Shown here: piece by piece, positions 1 through 14,480 of the stretch | Position numbering within the stretch: the stretch's first letter is position 1 | Layout of the letters: every line of letters begins with the position of its first letter | Origin: an uncultured virus (IMG/VR IMGVR_UViG_3300001335_000606) | Lineage: Duplodnaviria > Heunggongvirae > Uroviricota > Caudoviricetes | IMG/VR virus record: IMGVR_UViG_3300001335_000606 | DNA length: 64,000 bases | Strand: one strand, 5' to 3' | Translations under genes and position numbers: made by a program | The notes under the pieces: generated by a model | The model's database searches: none | What the model was told of the DNA's origin: nothing | What the model saw: only the letters and a program-made list of their open reading frames with translations

Positions 1-213
1 CATAAAGTTTCTGATAATTTTGCCAACAATACCTTTGAACAAACAAAAATGGCCTGTAAGGTATATGATTATTATAGGAAAATGTATCCTAATAATAGAA
101 AACTGGCTTTAAATGGATATAATGGATATGCTTCGTTAAGCAATCCTTATGCTACAAAGGTACTAAAACATTATAATTATTATACTAATTTAATAATAGA
201 CGAGGACTAGTAA
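1..213 (+). CDS. Partial (3' end) probable lytic transglycosylase-like protein
   Basis: Frame 1 open from the window edge; LALNGYNG...PYATKV resembles the C-terminal SLT motif; ends TAG TAA. Confidence 0.45.
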
Positions 214-214
214 T

Positions 215-502
215 ATGGTTTGGATGATTTTATTTTTTATAACACTGGCATTATTAATAATTTTAGTAATATTCGGCATAGTGCAATTGCAGGCACGAAT
301 AAAGAATTAGGACATGGTTTTTAAAGTATTTCAAAAGATGAACAAAGCGTTGAATATAATGCGAGAAATTGATAGAACAGGAGCATTTTAGGCCCACGAC
401 TAGGTGGGTGAAACCTTTATGCTTTTGACAGGAACACTAGAATAGTTAAGGAATTACATACTGGAACAATTAAAATATGGATAGAAAGAAAGGAAATAGT
501 AA
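215..502 (+). CDS. Small membrane-anchored phage protein
   Basis: N-terminal hydrophobic helix; EIDRTGAF*AHD*VG motif; ends TAG TAA. Confidence 0.7.
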
Positions 503-1220
503 TAATGTATATTTTGGAGAAAAGTTATAGAAAATAATTGAGAAATATAATAAGTCATAGAATGCTGAAATAAGATAGAAACTCTTTGCACAACATATTG
601 AGAGTGCATTTAGAAGGATAGCTACATCCTTAGTTAATAAATATCAACTTCCTAGTAGATTACAAAATTATCACACAATTGTTTAGTCCACCATATCAAC
701 CATGGTATAGAAAATGCCAGGCTTTGATAGTTCAAAGGGAAAAGCATTTACTTATTTTACAATTGTATCTAGAAATTACATTCTTTCACAATTGGATAAG
801 GGCATAAAACATAATTAGAGATTTAGAAGTATTAACAGAACTAATGATGAAGGTGTTTAGATTAATTTATTGGAAAATTGCTCATTGAGTAATTGGCATT
901 AGCAACAGCAAAAATAGTATATTTCTTAGTTGATGTAGCAAACTATTAACAGATTAGCAGAAGTAATCCAAAAGTAGTATATACCATCGTTAAAAAAAGA
1001 ATCTTAGAAAAAAATAGCATATGCAGTTTTGCAATTAATAAATGATATAGATTTGATAAGTAACTTTAATAGGAAGGCAATAATTATTTATATAACAGAA
1101 ATGACAGGTGGAAAATTAGCTACAATTATGAGAATATTAAAAAATATCGGAAAGTATTATTATGAAATTAAAGAAGATGTTATTGAAAACGATTTGTAGC
1201 TTTCATTATACGAATATTAA
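477..1220 (+). CDS. Late-transcription sigma factor (T4 gp55-like)
   Basis: NVYF start, FDSSKGKAFTYFTIVSRNY, FNRKAIIIYITEMT; about 14 in-frame TAG. Confidence 0.7.
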
Positions 1221-1234
1221 GGAATTAAATTATT

Positions 1235-1630
1235 ATGTAGAATTTTAAAAATGTGGAACTTTTCAATGATTATTCTTTGTAGGACTTATTTCGTTAGGTT
1301 GTTGGCAATTCAAGAGACAATAGAAGGATGTTAATGGAAACTATAGATGAGGCAGTTAAAAGTATTAATGACACAACTGATTTGCAAATAATGTCTCCAG
1401 AAATTGATAAAAATTTATAGCTTATGGTTAAAAATGATGAATTGTTGATTAAATTAGCAAACGCTATTACAAAATTAGTTAAATAGCATAAAGGATTGGT
1501 AGATTAGGATATTTAGCTAACAGAATAGTAGAAGCAACAATTAATGAAAGAAGTTGATTAGAATATTAAGCCATTATTAAGGAATATAAATTAGAATCCA
1601 ATAAAATATGAAAAAGCAAATACGAACTAA
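1235..1630 (+). CDS. Conserved hypothetical phage protein
   Basis: SD aagga, then ATG TAG; L*LMVKNDELLIKLA and LTE**KQQL; ends TAA. Confidence 0.75.
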
Positions 1631-2741
1631 TCATAATCAACCTATATTTAAGGGTCATTCTTTAACTTCTGACACTACTATTGTTGATACTATAAAGGGG
1701 TTTTTAAACAATCAATAGTTTTACGAAATAGAACTTGCAGAAGTGCGCCAAGTATTAACTTAGTAGGATGTAGATTAGTAGACATATCCTGAACATTAGC
1801 CTGGAGCCATAAAAGCAAGATTGCTTTTTTCTGAAATGCAAAAATAGGTATAGCAGTTAGTAATAATGATACCTAAGAGTCCATTTCAAAATTATATTCC
1901 AGTGGTTGGTTAGATTGTTTTTTGTTCTAAATATCCTTCCCAAGATGTTGATGTTTAGCAGGGATTAATATTGGATCAATACTATTATTTTGATATTTTA
2001 AATATATTAAACCAACAAAACAATAATGCCATTGGTGATGTTTCTTTTATAAATTCCGATTAGCGCCCGACAGACGAAAATTAGGAGAAGTGTGGAGAAA
2101 ATTTTATTATAGATCCATCAGTGAAGAAGGTCGCATATCAAGAAGGTGATATTATTATATCAGGCAGATTTGGACATTCTATGAAATTTAGTCATAATAA
2201 AAGTTCCGACGGGAAAAAACTTCTGCCATCAATAATTATAAGCAATGAACAAAATCAGTTATATGATGAAAATTCAACATAGAATTCAACATTGTGCGGT
2301 TCTTATATTGAAATTTCACAGCATGATAAAGATCCTAATGAAATGCCTGAATTAGCTTCAAACAGATCACTTTTAAATACAGAAAACGACTTTTCTTTAA
2401 TAGGCAATAATTTTTTAGGATTTAGCGATAGAATAATACTTAATGCTAAAACTAACGATGTATAGATATATGCTAAGGAGAATATTGAATTATCCTCATA
2501 GAAAAATATTTTTCAATAGAGTAAGAAAATTACAATATAGGGTGCTTAGTAGGTTCATATAATAGTTGGAAGTAATTAGATTACAATAAAGTCCACAGGT
2601 GTAGAAATCAAAGCTTCCACAATAACATTGGATGGTGTTACATAGATAAAAGGAATACAAGATGGAGTAACTCCGGGTTTTTGCAGTATGCCTACGTGTG
2701 CTTTTACAGGTGCTCCGCATACTACTAAGGTTGTAGGATAA
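1608..2741 (+). CDS. Baseplate hub/central spike protein (gp5/gpV-like)
   Basis: EGDIIISGRFGHS, SDRIILNAK, C-terminal GFCSMPTCAFTGAPH; lies upstream of the gp25 and gp6 homologues. Confidence 0.65.
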
Positions 2742-3280
2742 TGCTCGATACCAATTTATTAGTTAAATTAATTATAAAGAAGATTCAAGGAATGAAGGAT
2801 GCTTAGCATATACATTCTTTGTTAGGTGTTGTATTAAGTGTATATTTAATACAGAATTTATAGATTCAAGGTGTTTATATTGGTACCATTCCTACAATAC
2901 CTCCAAGCCCTGATCCTTTAAGTGGTTCAGTTAGATTTAAATTATTGTTTACTTTAATTTTAGGAAAATAGTTACTAAAAGCTGCTCAGTCTGGTGGTTT
3001 GGAGGGATGGTATAAAGCTTTGTTAACAAATGTTCAACTGACTTCTTTAATATTACCATTTGGTGGAAGTGTTTCGTTGATGTCACCAGTCAAAATATTT
3101 ACTCCAATTATGCCTTCCAAATTAAATTTAAAAAATTGCAACTCTTTGGAAGAAACATGGAAAAAACTTATAGATACATTTTTTAAAGATATTAAAAATA
3201 GTTTACCCATAAGTTCACCATTCCCTGCAGTAAGCACGGCAGGTGGTATGGGGACGATAACATTTAACAAATTCAGTTAA
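2741..3280 (+). CDS. Hypothetical baseplate-region protein
   Basis: TAATG overlap; continuous frame through TAGs that includes track ORF 2999-3280. Confidence 0.65.
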
Positions 3281-3292
3281 GGAGAACAATAA

Positions 3293-3718
3293 ATGAAATA
3301 GAGTTCAAAAAGATAGCTCAAAGAACTAATAATGTAGTGTTTAGACATTTATTTCAAAGAAAGTGGTGTTAATTAGATTTTATTGACATTATATGAAAAT
3401 AAAACCAGACCCACTAGTTAGAATAGAATTTCAAATATTTTGGAAGAAAATAGAAAGATTGTCAGTAAAACACAACAATTAAGATAGAAATATGGGGATC
3501 AAGATTATTATTCAGATGAAGACAGAAGTATTCTTGGAAGCGGTGAGAATAAGGTTACTGGTACGCAAGGCACAAGAATTCGATCGCCTCATGTAAAAAT
3601 GATTATGAACGAGCATATCGATCCCCTTGCAAACGATGGTGCCTCAATTTTAGATGATGTGTAGTCCTTACCATAGTTTTTAGTAAAAGGATTATCAAAA
3701 CTTAGAAGGAATGCCTAA
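3293..3718 (+). CDS. Hypothetical protein
   Basis: SD aggag; open through TAGs to TAA. Confidence 0.65.
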
Positions 3719-4088
3719 TTTAAAGAATATCGGTTACCCCCTTTCTTTTACATAGTTTGGATTGTTTAATCCAACTACAGATATACAATAGAATGCTAAG
3801 AACAAACTATTGAATTTGTTATATACCATGAAAGGTGAAAGGGTCATATCTAACAATTGTGAATTTGGAATAAATTTGACTAAACTTTTGTTTTAGAATT
3901 TTGGGTATCAAGATTTTGAAAGCAAAATGGCTTAGTAGATTGATGCAGAAATAAAAAAATGGATACCTGAAATAGATTATACAAAAACCACCTTGTAGAA
4001 ATAGTAGCACTCGTTAAGAATAACGATAGAATTTGCGGTAAATAGAAATGTTGACCAAATATATTTGGAGCTTAATTTAAATGAATAA
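3711..4088 (+). CDS. Baseplate wedge subunit, gp25-like
   Basis: NLLYTMKGERV...EFGINLTKLLF*N is the GPW/gp25 signature. Confidence 0.85.
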
Positions 4089-5841
4089 ACAACCATCTAA
4101 ATAGATTAGATATTTAAACCGAGACTTTGATACAATTCTTCAGAGGTTGATAGATTATACCAAGTATTACTATCCTAATTCCTTTAATGACTTTTCTCCA
4201 GCTTCTCCTGCAATGATTATTCTAGAACTTATATCATATGTAGGCGACGTGTTAAATTTTTATATAGATAAACAAACTAAATAGTCTATTTTATATTATG
4301 CGACGCAAAAATAGTCCATTTATAATATTGCTCAATCGTTGGGATATGATATAAAAACTGCGGTTCCTGCTTCCGTCCCGTTAACCTTTTAGTATGTTAT
4401 ACCCACTAGTTCCACAACTCCTGGATAGGTTGATTATGATTACGCGCCCATATTATATCCTGGAACAGTAGTACAAGCTTCTTCAATTCCTAATTCTCAT
4501 TTTACGGTATTGAATACTATTAATTTTCACGAACCTGATGAAATTCTAGCGACTGAAAGAGAAAATTAGAGTTTTAAAATTTTAAGAAAGAAGGAATATG
4601 GATATTCTGTAGAAGAAAAGCAATATACAATATAGCTAGGCGATACGGTAAGAGATAATCTAAAAATAACTCTTCCTGATAAAGGTGTTGTCAAAATACT
4701 TTCTGTTAAGACAATTAGCGGAGACGATATTATTAACGATTGGTATGAAGTTTCTAATCTAGCTAATGATACAGTAATAAGTCATGATATTTCATATAAT
4801 AATAACACGAGAGTATTCAATAGAATTAAAACAAATAAAAGGTTTAAAAAGCTTGTTGATACAAATGATTATACCTATCTTTATTTTGGTGCTAAATAGC
4901 GTTCCGATAAGTTGGAAGAAGAATTATACAAAGCATTTTATGAATATGATTATGATGAAATAGCAACACCTGCTTTATTACTCTTGAATAATAATTATGG
5001 AGAAGTTCCAACAAATGTGACAATGGTCATTACATACTTATTAGCAACAAATATTAAAATAAATGCAAATGTCATTGATACAATAACTCATAAACAAGCG
5101 TTTAACAATAGCGATTATAATGCTGAAATTTATAATATACTATTGGAAGGTATGATCGCATATAATGATTCTCCTTCAATAGGTGGGCAATCAGCTGAAA
5201 GTTTATAGAATATAAGAACTAATGCTTTGGCAATTGCAAATACACAAAATAGATTAGTGACGCAATAGGATTATTTTAACGCTGTTAAGATTATGCCTAC
5301 GGAATATGGTAGTGTTGCGAAGACATATGCAAGAAGAAATAATGCTAATAATAACATTGAACTTTGGGTGCTATCTTATGATGTTGACAAAAAACTATCT
5401 TAGACAAATTATCAAATAAAGCAGAATTTAGGTTAGTTTTTGGAAAGATATAGAATGCTAGGCGATAGAATTGTAATCAATAATGCTTATATAATAAATG
5501 TTAAATGCGAATTTAAAATAGCAGTCGATGCTCAATATGCAAAGAGAGAAGTTTTATATAATGCTATTACTAAAGTTAAATAGATTATGGATATTGATAA
5601 TTTCGAAATAGGGTCACCAATAGACCAAAACTATATTAAGAACCAACTATTATCTATTGAGGGTGTTAACAATGTGGTATCTATACAATTTTACAATTTA
5701 AAGGGAGGAAATTATTCCTCCGTTTAGTATGACATGTCAAATGCTTTTGATATAGATGATGGGAAATATTATACTAGTTTTACGCCTTCGATTTTTGAAC
5801 TAAAGTACCCTGAAACAGACATAGTGGGGAGTACAATATAA
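4081..5841 (+). CDS. Baseplate wedge subunit, gp6-like (baseplate J)
   Basis: YLNRDF...YYPNSFNDFS...SYVGDVLNFYID; QNRLVTQ*DY; PSIFELKYPETDI. Confidence 0.85.
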
Positions 5842-6809
5842 TGATTTACAATAAAGCTTTGCCATTTTCAAATACTATTTATAGCAGATATCCTTTAAAA
5901 AATTCTGGTGGGGATAATCAATTAACATTAAGAAGTAAACCTAATATCCCAGATATAAGTCGTGTATTATTGGGTTCAGATTACGACATTGATTATTAGT
6001 ATGAAAAATATGACTTGCTATTGTATGCTTCCAGAGGGGATATATATACGGGTCTCCCTATAACTTTGTCTTTGCACCCTGTGACAGTTTCGTGGGATCC
6101 AGGTATATATTTAGATAGTAGCAATTATTTAATTCAGACTCACGAAGCATCAACCTGGGTACAAAGATTTAGTGGTTCAAATTGGGGCACAGCAGGGGGA
6201 GATTATTCAGAATCTGCACTCCAAGCTTCATTTACATCCAAAACTTTATATGATGGAGTTTATTTTTAGGGTTTAACGGAATAGTTTTCTAATGGTTTTT
6301 TGTTAAAATATGATGATGAAACTAAGAATATTGGTGATATTTGGATGTATTCTGCAAATTCAACAAGTCCTCTGTACCCTAGAATGGTCTTTTATATTGA
6401 TGATTACACTTGGACTGCTTCGTCAAATGATATTGTAGATCTGTAGGATTATATTGTTGATATACCTGATTTAAAATATTATTTCAACAATTAGGAAAAA
6501 GTTAATTTAAAATTAAAATTATACCCTAAACATTACGAAAGAGATTGGACTTCCAGTGTTTGGCAAAATACACAAACAAATTCAACTATACCACAATAGT
6601 ATAGTGCTTCTTATGCTGTATATGATGTAACAACAATCCAGGAACTTTAGTTCATTCCTCATTCTTAGTATACTAGACTTTCTTGCGACGGTACATATAA
6701 TTATTTTGGTTTGGATATGTCCCAATTTCAAGTCAACAGAAAGTATAGAATATAGATAAAGGCTGAAGATAGAATTTATCCAATAAGGAATATATTTAAA
6801 ATTGTTTGA
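5841..6809 (+). CDS. Virion structural protein (baseplate region)
   Basis: TAATG overlap; WGTAGGD and YTRLSCDGTYNYF motifs; ends TGA. Confidence 0.65.
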
Positions 6810-7614
6810 ACCTGTTGAAAATGCCAAGCGGTAGCTGGTAAAATACTCCAATAAATTTTATAGTCCTACTGAGGATATGGACTTATATAATATCTATAGG
6901 GATAATATAGAAAAAATGTAGACCGTTATAGAACCTACATTGAGGATATTGGAAAGTCGTTTGGAAGATTAGGGAGTTCTCCCTTTAGGTGATGCCACAT
7001 TTCTTGCAAAATTAAAAAGGGACAATACTAAGTATGTAAGATTTTATAATTCAGCTATAAACTTAAATTTTTGGGATATTGAACAAGGTGGTTCTTATAA
7101 ACCTGATGTCTTGGAATATCTAAAATGTATAATTTTAAACAGATTTGGAAATATTTTAGAAAACAACTTTGTTTATTCTGTAGAACCTTAGTTTGATTCT
7201 TGCTTTCCGATCTTATAGGTTTCTCCCATTTATAATAGTATTTTGCACAATTAGAACCCCTCTTTCAATTTTTTGAAAAGACAATTATAGGTTATTAAAC
7301 AAAGTGTCATATTAAAATTAAAATATAGAATTTTGCAAGTTGCTGGTTATGAAATTTAGACAGGAGAAATATTAGGAAATTTCTTTACAAATTTTAATAC
7401 TTATGGAAATATATTGTATAATGGCAGTACATAGCAACAGTTTTATGTTTCACTTCCTTGGTATATTACATCCAAGTATGTAAACAAGTAGAACCGAATT
7501 GATTTGAATATGGGTTTTAAATTTTCTGGATTAGTGTATAGAATGCTGATATATTAGCCAAGAATATTCACAATACCAAGTTTTAAGGAAGGATTAGAAG
7601 ATGAAACTGGTTAA
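6802..7614 (+). CDS. Hypothetical protein (start uncertain: TTG 6802 or ATG 6877)
   Basis: Frame 1 interrupted only by TAG. Confidence 0.6.
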
Positions 7615-9991
7615 AATCCATAATAAAGATAGAGGGTTTAAAGATCTTTCAACATAGATTCAAATAGGTTCTCCTCAAGAAGTATTATAGTATTTATAGA
7701 GGGAGACTATAAGTACATTTTAGATGAAGGAATTGTATACATTGCTATGCAAAGAAACTTTGGGATTGGAATAGTTTGTAAATAGTGAATACCTGTATAA
7801 CGAGAATTAGACATATAAGTAGACATTAAATGAATATTGTGTCTCTTCTAGTTTGAATAATAAGAGTGTATACAAGATAAACAACAAGTTTTCATATGTT
7901 GGAAACATAAGGGGTGCAATTTAGGCTTCAACTCCTGTTCCATCAAGCGTGGTTAAAGCTTATACTTTGCCTTTGGTTGCGTTATTTTCGCAACTTTGGG
8001 ATAACGAAAATTATTAGAATTTTCTTACATACGATTATTTTGGTATTCCGCAAGATCAATTTTTATTAGATCATCAAGTTTTGGAATCTTAGCTTAGAAG
8101 ATCATATAATGGAACAATAGATGGATAGCAAGCAAGAGTCCTTTTTTTAGGTGCATTTGTTTCTCCTCCGTCTTTAATGAAACGCTATGTTAACCAAGAT
8201 ATTGAGGGGTGGGAAATTGTTCACCCTCCTTCAGATCTTATATCTACTGAGGTTTATGGTAATAATTCTTTAAAGGTTTTTCTATCTAAACAAATTACAT
8301 CTTATGGTAAAGAATAGCAGTTAGATTATGCTTTTTAGCCATGGCAATTGTATCCTTCAACTAAGCGGTTGGAATTTTTCGCCTTAACTCAAGATTATTC
8401 CAATCTTTCAAGATTATACTCTATTTGTAGAATCGTGGATAAGAATTTAGTTTCGCCAATTCAAGAGGTTTATCAATTTGCGTCGAATTCCTTTTAGCGT
8501 CATTTTGTCGAAGCTTATCCTCTTCTCCAAGAAAACATAAGATACTTACATTATATTAATTTAGATTATTCTGATGCAAATTGTGAAAAATTTCAATTAG
8601 GAACGACACTTTAGAACAAATTAGGATATTACAACAGTCTAATAGAAAATGAATATTTTGCTTCAAGACGAAGATATTTACTATCTAATCATCCGTCTTA
8701 TGATGTTCTTAGAGCGGTAGATCCTTCTTATTTATAGGAACAGCCTCAAATCACGGATTAGAAAACTAATATTTTAGCATTGTGTTATCGAGAAAATATA
8801 TATGAAGATGATTACGGGTTTCTTCATGAACTTGGCAGATACAAGATTAAATTTAAGTTTAAGATAGAAAATGCTTACAAATCTTAGTCTGGAAGTCCGA
8901 TGCTGTTGTTAAATACAACTTAGTATTTTTTTAATCAATTAGATACTCTTCATAATACACCATATTATATTTCTTAGAGTTTATTTAATGTAAGAATATT
9001 GCCTATTGAAGGTGCAACTGCACTTTAGAAACTTAAGAAGAATACTAATATTGGCATAATTAAAGAAGAATACCTTTATAAAAGCCCAAAAACTTGGGAA
9101 GCTTCTAATTTTTATGATGTAAAAACAGATAAAATGATAACAGAGGTGTTTTATCCAGGAAGAAAATATATTACATTTTCAAATGTTGAAAGTTACAAAG
9201 ATTTACCAGAATGGAAATATTTTGGAAACACAGCAATAACAACCAAATTCCATTTGACACCAGTAGACCATTATGAAGATTTTAATTTCTTCTTAAACAA
9301 GTATGGGCAATTTTTAACTTATAGAACTTTGAATAAGCGTTATTTTGAATTTAATGGAAAACCTTATATTGACTGCTTCGGATAGACTACTTAGAGTTTT
9401 ACTTAGCTTGACGATGGTTGGTATCAGGGTGTAACAACAATTGATAAATATTTTCAAGGTAATTCCTTTTTATCCTTTATGTTGCATTAGAAACAATCGG
9501 AACTGATTACTTCTTATTTTACTGACATGATAAGATTGGAAATAAAAGATATTGAAATTTAGTTTGTTTCATTTAATTAGTTGTTGGAAGAACAATTCCC
9601 AGATTACTTAATAATGGAAGGGGAAAACGCAAATTAGGAATTACCTGAATAGGATTAGGATACTGAACCTGACGAAGATTTAGATCCGAATATATGCTAT
9701 ATTACAATAGGTGTAATGGACAAGTATAGTCCTGCGACTATTTTAATACCTTATGCAGGAGATTGGTTGGCTTAGCCTATGGAATATATAGTTCCGTTGG
9801 ATCAAGAAATTTCTTTGGAATTTCCAAAAAATTTACAATTAAGAATTTAGGCAATTTAGGATGATCAATCATTTCTTGCATGGCACCAAGAAATTAATGG
9901 TAGATGGGTTCAAGTTTCTGACACTTACGGTATATAGTTAGATACGAACTAGCAATATTATAATCTAGTTATACAGTATGAAGGTGAATGA
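7601..9991 (+). CDS. Large hypothetical structural protein (~796 aa)
   Basis: Single frame through TAGs that includes track ORF 9134-9385; spot-checked; ends TGA. Confidence 0.65.
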
Positions 9992-10012
9992 ATTTGGAGA
10001 TAAAAATCTGAT

Positions 10013-12838
10013 ATGCGAATAATAGCAACAATTAAACAAAATGGGAATATTAAATGTATTCAACTTGATCCCAAGTATTATAATTTTACTAGTGAACTTT
10101 AGTTCAATGTTGATAAAAAATCTTGGTTAAAGAATCTTGGATATGAATCAGGGACATTTTAGTTAGGATATTATATATGCTAGAATGATAATATTTATAA
10201 TTCCACTTTAAAAGTTTCTAATGTTGCTCAAAATAAAACTTAGATTATAACGGAATTTTCATCAGATATTGATGATACTATAATCATAGATAAGTAGGAA
10301 TAGTTTAATTAGAATATTAAGTAGACAAAGTTACTGGCTTATTTTTAGAAAAAAGTTTGCATAGTTACCGACATTAAATATAATTTTTTCACAGAAAAAT
10401 ACTTTTTAAGATTTAAAGATGTTTCAACATTTTAGAAAGGTGATGAATTTCTTCTTTCAAAATTAATATATGAGCCGATATTCTAGACCTTTAATTTATT
10501 ATCCGATGAAAGCGGTTATCAAGAACTCTATGTAAAGATAGAACCTCCTCATAAACTTAATAGAGATTATATTTCAACAGAAGTTTCTGATCAAAATTTA
10601 GAATCTCTTCTTTAGAACTATACAGCAAGTTTGTATAATATGCCATTAAGTTTAGCTAATATGAAGTAGACGGTATTCTATGATCCAGAAGAACCTGAAA
10701 CTTTTGTTCATTTTGGATCTTATCAAAGTCGTTTATAGATGTTTAGAACAAAATATTTATAGTTGGAAAGTATTTCATCTTCATATAGTTAGCCATATTA
10801 GAAAATGCAAGATATTATTTCTGATTTTAACACATTTTAGAGATATTGCATTACCGAACCCGAATTAATTTCAACATCATCATTAGGATTACTGTCTTTA
10901 ACATCTTCAACAAGTTCGGACTTTTTAAATTGGTATTAGACTAAATCTAATATAGCTGTGGCTTATGATTTGGAAAATCCTCATTCTCTTATAAATTTAA
11001 TTCCTGAATCAATGTTGACTGATGAGAGAAATACAGATTTGTTTGCTATCCTTAGATTGATGGGGGATGTTTTTGATTAGTATTGGTCGGCAATTAAAAC
11101 AATACCTACAATAACTTCTCGTTTGGAAACAGATTTGCAAACTTATAGTGAGGTTTTTTTAAGAAATTTATTAAACAATTGGGGAATTGATACCTACTAT
11201 AGTTTTTCTGATAAATTTATATAGCAAATATATTTGTAGTTTGCAGATGTGCTTGATGAGAATTTCTCCTACAATCAGTATAATAGAACAGTTTTGTCAA
11301 GATTATTGGCAAATATACCCTTTCTTTTAAGAACAAAGGGGACAAGAACAGCAGTTTAGCAATTATTAAATATATTTGGCTTTTCTGAAAATTTATTACG
11401 TATTAATGAATTTCATAAAGATGGATACACAGGTAGTTATACAGTTGATATTGTTAAACCTTACTATAATACAACTTTAGGAAATTTAACCATAACCTGT
11501 AGTAATACAGATCTTAACAAATCCGTTATTTTATATTGCTCATTTCCTGAAATAATAACATAGTCCTTTATATCAACTTTACCAGATATTAACTATTCTT
11601 ATTATGATACGGAGTCTTTTTACGTCATTAAATTTGTGGTTTCGGGTAGCCAAGTTAATATATTTAATTATGATGATGGAATATTTGGTGAAACACAATC
11701 AATAACGGCAGATTTGAATAATTTAGATTTTGCCAATAATTTGCATGTTTATAATGTAAAATACTTAAATATACCTGAAACTCATTCTCAAGATTCTGTA
11801 TATAACTTAGGTAGTAATATCGTTGACAATCTTGCCAATGTATAGGCAATATTTGATTTTAATAGCTTTGATTATCAAGTACTGCCTAATGATGATATTT
11901 ATATTACAGATATTGACACTGATGCTTTTTCCATAGGAAAATTTTCAAGTATTAAATATTCTTCTATATTTGCTTTGGGAAACAATCCGTCAAAGTTTTA
12001 TACTATAAGCACAAACCAATCCTAGCAAATAATTCAAGGGGAAAATTCAACAGATTCTTTTTTAAGTTTGCCTAATGTTCATATAGGCAGTTTGTATAGT
12101 GATAATTACAATTCGCAATTCGTTATAGATCAGACTGAACCTTTTGAAAATCTTTTAGATAATAATTAGTATAGAGATTTTCAACAATTTCCATCTTATT
12201 GGCATACATAGTTACAAAAATATTCACAATTATATGACCAGTATATGTACTATGGTAATACTGTGAGTTTTTAGAGAATGACAAAATTTTATGAGAACAT
12301 GGATAATAATGTTTTCTTGATGATAAAACAATTTGTTCCGTTTAGTGTCAATGCAAAATACGGTTTAATTTTAGAAAATAACATTTTGCATAGAAACAGA
12401 ATACCTACAATTCAATATGCAAAAAATAAAATTGAAGAAAGTGTCTATAGAATAAATAAATTAAAACCTGAAAACCGATTTTCCGTGAATTATGAACAAG
12501 TTCCAAAGGGTGAATTGGAGTTTTAGACAAATTTTCAAGTTTAGGTTTATGAAAGTTACGAAGCAAATTTGGGAAAAACATTTGATACTATTAATTTGTA
12601 TGGAGAAAGTAATTATACTGCAGATGCATGGTTAAGATGTTATAGTTCAGCGAGAATTAAAGAAACTTAGGCAACATACAGAGTTATCCGAGTAAGAGTT
12701 AATACTTGTCTTAATCCAAGATTTGCGTATAATTTCAGAATTGGGTTAGGTTATTGTGAAACCCAAAGCAGCCTAAGCGAAAGACAAATGATAGTAGATG
12801 AAAAACAAAAATTAAATATTACAAAGATACAAATATAA
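10013..12838 (+). CDS. Baseplate wedge protein (gp7/gpI-like, ~941 aa)
   Basis: FVHFGS...RL*MF; RLLANIPFLLRTKGTR; MIKQFVP...GLILENNILHR. Confidence 0.65.
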
Positions 12839-12857
12839 TCAAGGAGATTAACATAAT

Positions 12858-13514
12858 ATGGCTCATATCATACCACAATCAGGGCAAATTATTATTAATG
12901 CGATTTTAACAAAGGCTGGTCGTTAGAAGCTTGCTTCTGGGGTTGATGCATTTAAAATCGTGAAATTTGCCGTAGCAGACGACTAGATAGATTATTCTAT
13001 GTAGGGATTATAGGGAGATATCTAGGATGATCCTACAGTATACCCTATTTTATAGCCTATAATTAATGGCAATTTGATGATGAAACACAAATTATATACA
13101 AATTACGCTATTAATCAAGGTTCACAAGTTTTAACAGAGATTAGCATTGATGGATTAGATCCCGATATTCTAAATGTCATTACAGCAGGAACAGGTCAGG
13201 TGACCTATACACCTTCAACTCTTGGTGTTGCCACTTAGACATATACTGTGGAAGTAAACTTTTCTAATGGAATACCATTTTCTGAACTTTCTTATTCTAC
13301 GACTATAAATGGATTGGGAATTGGAATACCCTTAACAGACAATCAATCTGTTTATAGTATAAGCAATGCTGCCGAAATCATGTTTACAAAGAAATATATA
13401 GCAAGTCCTATTTCTTTCACTATGACACTAACTGGAAACAGTAGTGGAACCACAGAAATATATTCCATAAAAGTAATTCCTAGCTCTGGTTGGGAATAGT
13501 AGGCACAATCTTAA
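12858..13514 (+). CDS. Conserved virion/baseplate protein
   Basis: SD aaggag; AILTKAGR*KLA...KFAVADD*IDY. Confidence 0.7.
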
Positions 13515-13532
13515 TTACGGAGATAATAAATA

Positions 13533-14471
13533 ATGGCAACTAATACTACAACAGCAACAACCAATTTGATTTCTCAAACCAACTTATTTTATACGGAATT
13601 TAATGAAAGCAGGGATATTGTAAGCAATCCTAACAAGAATTATTACGAAGAGATTGTCCCTGCAAATGTTCAAGTAAGTTTAGGTCTTTCTACTTCTAGT
13701 AATTATATTTATACTGCAAGTTATAGTGGCTCTACTATTATGACTGCGTATACCACTAGTAAGGACAGTTATTCTTATGGGGCAATTCAATCCTTGCTAA
13801 GAACCTACAGCTCAGATATGTCAACAGATTGGTATCCGATTTCCTCTAGTGGGTTTGCACCTGCAGCTCATTCTCTTTCAGTACTTTCGTTTGCAAATAA
13901 TGTTATTGGAGATAAATTAAATATATATTCCACAGAATAGGGGAGATTTTAGATAATATATAATTCTGAAACTCTTTCAGTGCAACCTGCCTCAGATTTC
14001 AGTGGATTTACATATTACTTAAATAATGAATATATAACATCTAATACAAATTTTGGATTTGTGTTTACAAGCTCTACTGATACTACCTTCAATACTGATA
14101 ACTTCAAGGGATTGTTTTTTGGTTAGTTAGGATTGTTAATGCTTTATGGTGAAGATGCACATTCTGAACCTCAAGCTGTAACATATTCAAATGCAGTATA
14201 TCAGGAGACTGTTCATAGTAAAACTTATTTTTGCCGTATAACAAACGAAAAATATAATGCTTCATCAAATCCAACTTGGGTAACATATAGTTCAGTATTA
14301 GGAACAAATGTTATAAGAAGTGTGAACGAAGATTAGCAATCTTATACTCTCATAACAACAATAGGTCTATATAACGAAAACAATACTTTGTTAGCAATTG
14401 CTAAGTTATCGCAACCTATATTGAAGTATATTGATACGGAACTTCATGCAAGAGTCGTTCTTTAGTATTAA
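13533..14471 (+). CDS. Virion structural protein
   Basis: YFCRITNEKYNASSNPT...ITTIGLYNENNTLLAIAKLSQPI. Confidence 0.75.
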
Positions 14472-14480
14472 TGAATAAAT

